Assembly (NCBI GenBank): GCA_964549075.1
Contig: CAZJUB010000023.1
Coordinates: forward strand, 1 to 37,509
Reading direction: 5' to 3'
DNA length: 37,509 bases
Source: an uncultured archaeon
Lineage (GTDB): Archaea > Asgardarchaeota > Heimdallarchaeia > Heimdallarchaeales > Heimdallarchaeaceae
Shown in pieces: positions 27,016 through 34,531 of this stretch. A model generated the notes under the pieces. It worked only from the letters and a program-made list of their open reading frames with translations. It searched no databases and had not been told where the DNA came from. A program made the position numbers and the translations under genes. Within the stretch, counting starts at the first letter, position 1; the number at the start of each line of letters is the position of its first letter.

Positions 27016-28851
27016 ATGTGTTTATTTGTGACACAGCAAGAAGAAAAAACTGCTGAGGAAGAAACCATTCCTTTAGAGAAACGTAAAGAAATCATACCTC
27101 CCAAAATTAAACTTCAATTCAAGAAATATTGGATTTACGCAAAAAAATGGTTTCCTTTAGCAATCGTTATTGGAATTATTAGCGGTATTTTGATGGGTTT
27201 GTTTACAAGTTTAGTTGTTAACCTTGAAAAATGGACAGTTGATACCATACCCATTTATATTAGATACCCCCTTGTTGGTGTTGTTACTTCTCTATTTCTT
27301 TATTTTGGTTATACTGAAGTTAGAGGAGCTGGGATTTCCTATGTACTGAAACACAAAAATACAACTACTTCCATACCCAAAAGAGTTCTTCTTACGAAGT
27401 TCTTTACAAGTGTCTTAGCTTTAGGTGCTCATGCTCCAGCAGGTCGAGAAGGTCCTTCGGTAACCTTAGGAAGCACAGCAGCTTTTACAATTGCTGATTT
27501 AACCAAAATGTCTGCTGAGGATGAAATGCATGCTGTGACTATAGGTGCTGCAGCTTGTACGGCAGCTGTTTTTGGAGCTCCTCTAGGAGGTACAGTTTTT
27601 GCTACCGAGGTGCCTTTTAAACATGATCTAGACGAAACAGTATTTCTACCTGCTTTACTTGCAAGTGCGATTGCGTTTTTAATTTCTGATGCGATCTTAA
27701 ATTTATTAAATTCAAAACCTGTACCTCTTGATATTGAACATTTTACCATTCCTTTGAAATTTGTCGATTCTATGCTTTATGTTTTATTAGGTATTTTTGC
27801 AGGATTATCAGGAATAGGCTTTTCCTTACTTTTCAAGAATTTATCAAAATGGTCAGGGAAATATATTAAGTCATATTTCATGCCTTTGGTTGGTATGCTG
27901 TTAACTACCGTTATTGTAGCTGTAATGGAATTGTATTTGCCAGAAAATATAACTTTAGGGGGAACTGGTTTTAGTTCAATTAATACGCTTCTTGAAAATT
28001 ATGGGACAGTTAGTCTAGGAGTCTTATTCCTGCTGTTCTTGGGTAAGATGATTGCTACCTCGACTTGTGTAGGATTTGGTACATCTGGTGGAGTAATGGG
28101 GCCTTCATTAGTTACAGGAGCTGCTCTTGGTGTTTTATATTGGAAATTATTTTCGTTTGCGGGTGTTAATCCTTTAGCATTAATTATAGTAGGTATGTCT
28201 TCTTTTCATACAGCAACCACTAAGACTCCTATCGCTTCAATGATTTTAGTTCTTGAAATGGTAGGTTTTCCAAATTTGATTATTCCTATAATCCTTTCAA
28301 ATGTTGCTGCATTTATTGTATCTATGGATTTCAGTTTATACAGTGGTCAGCTCCAAAGTAAAGAAGTCATATTAAGAAGAAGAATTCAATATACAGATGT
28401 CTTAGAAACCTTGAATGTGAAGGAAGCGATGGAAACAACTTATGTGTCAGTTAAAGAGGATGAGCGATTAAAAGACACTTTTTCACTTCTTTATCTTCAC
28501 AAAATAAGCTCGCTTCTTGTTGTTGATAATAAGAATGAACTTGCAGGGATAATCAGTGCTTCAGATTTTCAAAGAGGTTTTTCAAAAGGTTCAAACCTAA
28601 TTTCAGATGAAATGACGCGGAATTTATATGTGGCTCATCCTGAAGAAAGTTTGAGAGATGCTTTTGATCGTTTAACTACGAATGCTATAGAATGTATGCC
28701 AGTAGTAACTAAAGATGAACCTAAAAAAATACTAGGAATTGTTGCTTTCAGAGATATTGAGCATAGATATGAAACAGAATTAACAAAATTAGAACTCAAA
28801 AGGAAATTAACAATAAAGGAATTAGAAGAGGAATTAGATGATGATATATAA
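27016..28851 (+). CDS. CLC chloride channel/transporter with a C-terminal CBS pair (CLC-2, divergent)
   Basis: GAGISY, AGREGP, FGAPLGG, GGVMGP, SLYSGQ; two CBS domains; acidic tail. Confidence 0.9.
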   Translation: MCLFVTQQEEKTAEEETIPLEKRKEIIPPKIKLQFKKYWIYAKKWFPLAIVIGIISGILMGLFTSLVVNLEKWTVDTIPIYIRYPLVGVVTSLFLYFGYTEVRGAGISYVLKHKNTTTSIPKRVLLTKFFTSVLALGAHAPAGREGPSVTLGSTAAFTIADLTKMSAEDEMHAVTIGAAACTAAVFGAPLGGTVFATEVPFKHDLDETVFLPALLASAIAFLISDAILNLLNSKPVPLDIEHFTIPLKFVDSMLYVLLGIFAGLSGIGFSLLFKNLSKWSGKYIKSYFMPLVGMLLTTVIVAVMELYLPENITLGGTGFSSINTLLENYGTVSLGVLFLLFLGKMIATSTCVGFGTSGGVMGPSLVTGAALGVLYWKLFSFAGVNPLALIIVGMSSFHTATTKTPIASMILVLEMVGFPNLIIPIILSNVAAFIVSMDFSLYSGQLQSKEVILRRRIQYTDVLETLNVKEAMETTYVSVKEDERLKDTFSLLYLHKISSLLVVDNKNELAGIISASDFQRGFSKGSNLISDEMTRNLYVAHPEESLRDAFDRLTTNAIECMPVVTKDEPKKILGIVAFRDIEHRYETELTKLELKRKLTIKELEEELDDDI

Positions 28852-29611
28852 TACAGAAAATTCACCTTTCAAAGACCTTGAATCTATGTCTTTTTCAGAG
28901 AAATCTTGGTTGAATTTTTGGTATCCAAAAATATGTGAGTTCTTACATCTTTCTCCAGAAGAAGATTTAGTAGCTTTAAAATCATCTCTAACAGAATTAT
29001 CGAGCAATTTTTCCTTTAAAAAACTTACAAACTTACTTGAAAAAAAACGAGTTATAGCAATAGCTCCGGGGATTCACCTCGAAAAAGAAATAGATGAATA
29101 TCTACAAAAAGCGAGGAAATCAGAAGATGTTTTAGTTTCTGCAGATGGAGCTACATCCTATCTGCTTTCAAGGGATATTATACCTCACATCATTGTTAGT
29201 GATTTGGATGGTAATGCTAGAGATCAAATAGAAGCTCAGAAAAGAGGTTCACTTATTTTGCTTCATATTCATGGGGATAACTATAGGAAGATTGAACCAT
29301 TTTTTAAAGAAATTTCAGTTGGGAATTTTCTCATAACTACTCAAATTCAACCTTTACCTAATTCCTTTAATTTCTTTGGTTTCACTGATGGAGATAGAAT
29401 TGTTTGTCTTTCTACTTACATGAAAACAGCAGAAATCATTCTTATTGGTTATGATTTTGGATCAGAAATAGGAAAATTCTCAAAGAATGGTTCTTTTGAT
29501 GAGAGATTTAAAGAACGAAAAATGAAGAAATTTGTAATAGGAAAATCGATAATTAACTGGTGTTCAAATCAAGGTCAGAAAATATCTTTTCTCTCTAATT
29601 TGAAAATTTAA
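28838..29611 (+). CDS. mptE: 6-hydroxymethyl-7,8-dihydropterin pyrophosphokinase (MptE/DUF115)
   Basis: ADGA, PHIIVSDLDG, HIHGDN, NFFGFTDGDR, GYDF motifs. Confidence 0.85.
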   Translation: MMIYNTENSPFKDLESMSFSEKSWLNFWYPKICEFLHLSPEEDLVALKSSLTELSSNFSFKKLTNLLEKKRVIAIAPGIHLEKEIDEYLQKARKSEDVLVSADGATSYLLSRDIIPHIIVSDLDGNARDQIEAQKRGSLILLHIHGDNYRKIEPFFKEISVGNFLITTQIQPLPNSFNFFGFTDGDRIVCLSTYMKTAEIILIGYDFGSEIGKFSKNGSFDERFKERKMKKFVIGKSIINWCSNQGQKISFLSNLKI

Positions 29612-30099
29612 TCGTGAACTGGAAATAATTCTGTAGTTACTCCTTGACCCTCATACTCATACACAGTTACCGTTACCTGACTTATATTTTCTTGTTTTAT
29701 CTCCTCATTTTTTGCTAACATTTTGACAAAATAATGACTCAGTTCTTCTACAGTGGTATTCTCAATTGGCAACATTACAACATCAGATTTAGGAAATTCA
29801 TATTCTTTTTCGCTATGAGGAATCTTAACGATAACTTGATTTCCTTCTTCAATTATAGTTATAAGTCTGTTCTTGGAAGGAATGAGGACATAATGATCAA
29901 GTGTATTCACTATAGGTTTCATAATACGCTTTATTGTGTGAAAATTAATTACCATATTGTCTTTTCCTTGAGTTCCATAGACATTTACTAATATACTATA
30001 ATTGTGTCCATGGAGGGGTTCTTCGAATTTTTCCCCAACAACAAAATGAGCACAAGAAAAAGTTAGATAATCCCTATCTAAAAATAAATCATATGTCAT
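29608..30099 (-). CDS. 6-pyruvoyl-tetrahydropterin synthase family protein with a PTPS-III-type motif
   Basis: FSCAHF, EEPLHGHNY, MVINF, LDH, NTTVEEL, VYE. Confidence 0.85.
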   Translation of the reverse strand: MTYDLFLDRDYLTFSCAHFVVGEKFEEPLHGHNYSILVNVYGTQGKDNMVINFHTIKRIMKPIVNTLDHYVLIPSKNRLITIIEEGNQVIVKIPHSEKEYEFPKSDVVMLPIENTTVEELSHYFVKMLAKNEEIKQENISQVTVTVYEYEGQGVTTELFPVHD

Positions 30100-30148
30100 T
30101 AATTTTGTAATTCTGTGTTTTAATAAAAATCCTTCTTTCTAACATAGC

Positions 30149-31105
30149 TTACTCGTTGCTTTCAAGAATGAAAGATTCAAGTTCTTGTATCCCTAAATCT
30201 ATATCTACAAGATAAACAAGAAAGTCTGATAATAAAGCTGCATATTCATTTCTGAGTTCTTTACCAATGTTAATTAACTCATCAAAACTGCTAATGTCAT
30301 CAAGCCCCCAAGAAAGAACGTCACAGAGTTTGCCTATTTCATCTTCTGTTAAAACATCCTCTCCTTTAGTCTCAAGCATGTTAATCTGTACTAGTATCTT
30401 TTCTGTACTAGAAGCTTCATCTTCATATATAGATGTGAGAGGAATGATACAAATATCCAACAATTCGTGTAAAGTCATTTGAGCTTTATCAGCAAGGTCT
30501 ATAGCTTGAAATGATAAATCAGTTGTTTGTCTGATTAGTTCTTTCTGGTTTTGTAGATTTTCCTCATCTATTACAACACCCTTATGCAAATTCATGTATT
30601 CATCTTGTTTATTTAGAACCAAAGAAAGATTCTCTCTAATACTTTCCTCAACTTCAGATTCAGGAGAAGTTCTGTAATAGATGTCTTGCCATTGATTATT
30701 CACCTGCTCCTTTAGATCTAGAAGTTCTCCCCCTCTAACAAGAAGACTTTCAATTTTATGAATGATAATCTCCCTCTCATTCATCCCTTTGAGGTAGGCT
30801 CTTTCTACTTCTTCCTCAAATTCTGTTTTTGCTCTACCTGCAGATCGTAAATAGTCCACAATAGAACTTTGATAAAAGGTACGAGCTAGCATGGACATAG
30901 CCGATAGTAACGAATTTCGTAATGTATAAAGACTATCTTCGTTAGAACCAAGAAAGCGATCAATAGAGGTGAGGATGTTGTTCATCAATGTATAAATGTG
31001 ACGGAGTGTCCTGTAATTCAGCCTATCTAGGAATTTTCCTAGAACGGTCTGTCTTTCCAGAACCGCCTCTATATCTTCTTGCATTCGTGATAAAGAGAAA
31101 GTCAT
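30149..31105 (-). CDS. Hypothetical acidic all-helical/coiled-coil protein
   Basis: 318-aa ORF rich in L and E, only two Pro, no TM segment or recognisable motif. Confidence 0.75.
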   Translation of the reverse strand: MTFSLSRMQEDIEAVLERQTVLGKFLDRLNYRTLRHIYTLMNNILTSIDRFLGSNEDSLYTLRNSLLSAMSMLARTFYQSSIVDYLRSAGRAKTEFEEEVERAYLKGMNEREIIIHKIESLLVRGGELLDLKEQVNNQWQDIYYRTSPESEVEESIRENLSLVLNKQDEYMNLHKGVVIDEENLQNQKELIRQTTDLSFQAIDLADKAQMTLHELLDICIIPLTSIYEDEASSTEKILVQINMLETKGEDVLTEDEIGKLCDVLSWGLDDISSFDELINIGKELRNEYAALLSDFLVYLVDIDLGIQELESFILESNE

Positions 31106-31242
31106 ACTTAAATAAAAGACTTATCTTTTGGAAGAATTGAATTTAAGGAGATTCTAGTGAATTAATTTTGTGGTTTTTTTAAAAAATATGAATTGTGTCG
31201 GATAAAATAGTTAGAAAAGAGAAAATAAATGTAAAAACTTGT

Positions 31243-31764
31243 TTAACCATATAATTGATAATCATGAATATCCAATTCAACTTTTACTCTCTCGTCTGGT
31301 TCATAAGGTATTAAAGAGAATTCTACACTTTCAGGAAGATTCTCTACAATAAATTTACTAAGACTAGAAATTTCTTCTGAGTCAATATCTTCAATTGACA
31401 TAAAGGAAGATTCAGATGTTTCATTGGTTTTAGAAAAAGGATCGCCTCTAACATATTCAAGCTTAAAAACGATGTAGAGGTCAGAAATTAATCCCTTGTC
31501 CTTCTTTTCGTTGACCATATGACGAAGAGCTATAATACTCTCAGCTCGTGTTTGTACCCCTGTTTCTTCGAAAACTTCTCTTTCAATAGCTTTAGAGAGT
31601 GATTCTCCAAGTTCAACATATCCTCCAGGAAGAATCCATTTACCTTTACTAGCACCATAAGTGTGTTTAACAAACAAAATTTCGTCATCTTTTATGCAAA
31701 CACCTCCTACCCCTATTTTATGAAGACTGTATTTAGCTACATAATCACTATACATAGTTAACAA
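31243..31764 (-). CDS. Nudix hydrolase (NUDT6-like subfamily)
   Basis: Nudix box GGYVELGESLSKAIEREVFEETGV; HKIGVGG, RH and SDLY resemble the NUDT6 group. Confidence 0.88.
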   Translation of the reverse strand: MLTMYSDYVAKYSLHKIGVGGVCIKDDEILFVKHTYGASKGKWILPGGYVELGESLSKAIEREVFEETGVQTRAESIIALRHMVNEKKDKGLISDLYIVFKLEYVRGDPFSKTNETSESSFMSIEDIDSEEISSLSKFIVENLPESVEFSLIPYEPDERVKVELDIHDYQLYG

Positions 31765-31796
31765 TACTCATCCTAAATAAAAAACTTGAGTAAAAT

Positions 31797-31818
31797 GAAA
31801 AAAAGAAAAAAGAAAAAA
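31797..31818 (-). terminator. Oligo-T terminator after SBP copy 2
   Basis: A-run on the + strand, i.e. a T-run on the - strand, downstream of the stop at 31831. Confidence 0.55.
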
Positions 31819-31830
31819 GGAATTCAAAGC

Positions 31831-33792
31831 TTAATTTCTCTTACGTCTGAAAGTGTATAATGAAGGTATTATCAGGGAAACAACCAACACCATCATGAGC
31901 GTGCTTTTAGTCGTATCTATAGTGGTGGTTGTTGTTGTAGTTGTACAATATTGTGAATAACCTGCAGCGCACAACCATTCATAAGAAGCAGTTAGATTGT
32001 AATCGTATTTTATTATGTTATAATTATAGTAATCTGGAAAACAGATGTACAGAACACTATCAACAATGAGGCAATCACCTTCATTAACAACTTCATTCAT
32101 CTCTACTCTATTTATGGCGTAATTCATGGCTTTACGGATAGCTACACCTTTGGTATATTCTTCCTTACCAGGAGTGTCAAGAAATTCATAATTAGCTTGT
32201 TTTCCAATAAAAGGTCTACGCAGGTTATAGAATATGAATATAAGATTTCCTCCCTCTCCCATAGCTACGTGAAATCTTGGATCTCCTACCAGTTGGTTAT
32301 AAGTAACCTTGTCAAGACCACAAGAATCCAATCTTCCTGCTAAGAATTCAAATTTTATAGATGTATCATCACCAATTATTCTTAGATTTATTGTTTCAAC
32401 TAAAGGAGTCATACCTTCTTGACCATCAATCGCTCCTACTCCAAACCAATATGGACTTCGTTTTAGAACTATTGTCGACCCTTTCATATAATAATCCAGC
32501 ATATACATTCCACATCCAAAAGGAGAAAAGCTGAAAGTTTGCCACTGAGGAGTGTTTTTAATACCATCATATAACCCGCTACATTCTACTCCACCACCCT
32601 CTGTATATGTGATTGTTGGATCCGATGAGTTCAAGAAAAATTCAGGCAATATATCTACATTCATAAAGTACCAAAAAGACGAATAAAATTCGTGTTCAGG
32701 AGTAGCTGGAATTTGGTCGATTTCTATATGAAAAGTCATATCATCTTCTGGGTCAACATAACATGCTTTTATCCAATGAAACGCGTAAGTATCACCACTA
32801 GTAATTGGATTGGCATGTGCTAGAAGTGTAAAGACTGCATCTTTAGCAGTAACTTGTTGGTTGGTACCATCACTGTATTCAGCATTCTTTAGACCAACCA
32901 TTAATTCTCCAGTGGGGGTATCTGATAATGGAGCTGAATTGATGGTTCTTTTTGTAATATTATAAGATGGATTCCAGTAGACATTATCTCTTATTGTGAA
33001 TGTGTAGTGGGTTTCATTAATTCGTTCCCAATCATTAACTATACCATCTTTCCTAGGTTTAGAATCATGTATCAAAATAATAGACTCAGACTCTAAATTC
33101 CAAATAAATTTACTGTCTTCCTGTTCATTGAATAACGGATTAAGCTCTGTATAATCGCTTCCTACAAAATTTAACTCATCTAGAGAAACTTGTCCTTCAT
33201 GATAACCATCAAAATGCATGTAAGGTAGATTTGCCATAAATCCCCAGTTTGAATCATAAATTATTATATTTGACCAATATGCAGAATAATATTTACCTGA
33301 ATAAAGGGGTAACATAGGCACAATTTTGTCCATCATGAGTTGTTGCCAGCCGTAATATATTTGCTTACAAACATCTAAGTCTGTTGTACTAAATGCGCTG
33401 TTTTGCATAGCTTCTGATTCGTTATTATATGGAATGTCAGGACCTAAATCAAACATATTGAGGGTGCCATTAGTGGTATAAACGTGTCTCATATCAGGAG
33501 TTAGATAATCAGGAACTAATGCAACAATACCTATATCGTAGTCGTGTGTTAGTAGGAGTGTTCCCACGAATACTGTCCATTCTTCAACCTTAACTTCTAT
33601 ATCTATCCCTATATTCCCTAGATATTGAGCTATGAACAACCCGTAATATGGTCTCACACCACCACCATTGGTCTTAAAAACAAGTTGACCAATCGCTACT
33701 GAACTATTAACGTTTATATTTTTTACACATGAACTGACAATCATTAAGCTTGAAAGTGTAACAAAAACAAGAATTTTCATATTTTTTTCCAT
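31831..33792 (-). CDS. Family-5 solute-binding protein, circularly permuted; copy 2 (most divergent intact copy)
   Basis: Same block order as copy 1; SD AGGAG upstream; poly-Thr linker + TM + RRKRN. Confidence 0.88.
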   Translation of the reverse strand: MEKNMKILVFVTLSSLMIVSSCVKNINVNSSVAIGQLVFKTNGGGVRPYYGLFIAQYLGNIGIDIEVKVEEWTVFVGTLLLTHDYDIGIVALVPDYLTPDMRHVYTTNGTLNMFDLGPDIPYNNESEAMQNSAFSTTDLDVCKQIYYGWQQLMMDKIVPMLPLYSGKYYSAYWSNIIIYDSNWGFMANLPYMHFDGYHEGQVSLDELNFVGSDYTELNPLFNEQEDSKFIWNLESESIILIHDSKPRKDGIVNDWERINETHYTFTIRDNVYWNPSYNITKRTINSAPLSDTPTGELMVGLKNAEYSDGTNQQVTAKDAVFTLLAHANPITSGDTYAFHWIKACYVDPEDDMTFHIEIDQIPATPEHEFYSSFWYFMNVDILPEFFLNSSDPTITYTEGGGVECSGLYDGIKNTPQWQTFSFSPFGCGMYMLDYYMKGSTIVLKRSPYWFGVGAIDGQEGMTPLVETINLRIIGDDTSIKFEFLAGRLDSCGLDKVTYNQLVGDPRFHVAMGEGGNLIFIFYNLRRPFIGKQANYEFLDTPGKEEYTKGVAIRKAMNYAINRVEMNEVVNEGDCLIVDSVLYICFPDYYNYNIIKYDYNLTASYEWLCAAGYSQYCTTTTTTTTIDTTKSTLMMVLVVSLIIPSLYTFRRKRN

Positions 33793-33865
33793 CAATGAAG
33801 TCTCCTATATAGTTATATCATAAACTATACGTTTATCCTTAGAGTTATTAATTCTTTTGGCTGAA

Positions 33866-34410
33866 ACCCAATTTGCATCATAACCTTTTGTGTTTACCCA
33901 AGTTACTTCATAAGCTTTTGGCGAGTATAATGGCAACATCGGGATTATTTTGTCCATCATGAGTTGCTCCCATTCATAATAGTGCTGTTGTCTTGTTTCT
34001 AAATCTGTTATTAACATCCCTTCTCCTTGCATTGTTTCAGATAAATCGCAGTAAGGGATGTCTTTACTGAGTTGAAAGATATTTAGAGACCCTTCTTCTG
34101 TATACATGTGTCTTAAATCAGGAGACGAAACACTCCCTCCTATTCCTCCTGTTCCTATATCATAATCATGTGTTAGGATCAGTGTTCCCAAGAATACTGC
34201 CCATTCTTCAATCTTAACGTCTACTTCAATTCCTATATCACGTAAGTATAGCGCAATAAACACCCATAATCAGGTCGTACTGAACCACCTGTTGTTTTAA
34301 AGACTAAGCTAGCTATAGGTTCAGAAGCTACAGAAGAGTGCTGACTTAATGAACCTAGAAGAATTATGTATGAAAAAACAACAAGTAATCACTTGAAATT
34401 TCTTCTTCAT
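33866..34410 (-). pseudogene. Frameshifted, 3'-truncated family-5 SBP; copy 3
   Basis: ATG at 34410 (MKKKFQV); frameshift near 34388 into LVVFSYIILLGSLS...EPIASLVFKTTGGSVRPDYG; 1-nt deletion near 34262 (GGGTGTTT versus GGGTTGTTT in copy 4); homology ends at KGYDANW (~33868). Confidence 0.85.
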
Positions 34411-34471
34411 TTCTTAAATCTCTCTGAACTATAAAGACAAATTTCTGTAATCAAATTTATATCTTTTTCTT

Positions 34472-34520
34472 AAAAGAGAAAAGAAAAGAGAAAAGAGAAA
34501 AAAAGGAAAAAAGAAAAATA
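34472..34520 (-). terminator. Oligo-T terminator after SBP copy 4
   Basis: Long (T/C) tract on the - strand directly after the stop at 34532. Confidence 0.6.
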
Positions 34521-34531
34521 AGTTTTGAATC

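Noticed and set aside
25015-28851. Fluoride-specific CLC-F call
   Set aside because: The GNNLI, GREGT and GEVTP signatures are absent.
29608-30099. queD annotation
   Set aside because: Lacks the catalytic C-x3-HGH motif; has E-x2-HGH and sits beside mptE.
686-30482. Short ORF-track entries overlapping long genes (e.g. 686-892, 2789-3112, 5425-5826, 7055-7528, 10975-11280, 14685-14888, 19837-20094, 21362-21625, 27429-27749, 29734-29991)
   Set aside because: Antisense or off-frame shadows of well-supported genes, with no motifs or SD support.
31243-31764. Nudix hydrolase as FolQ (dihydroneopterin triphosphate pyrophosphatase)
   Set aside because: Only proximity supports it; the motifs look NUDT6-like and a PTPS-III route would not need FolQ.
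33805-34263. 152-aa ORF as an independent gene
   Set aside because: Its GTG start is created by a 1-nt deletion and its last ~20 aa are non-homologous read-through; it is part of the SBP pseudogene.
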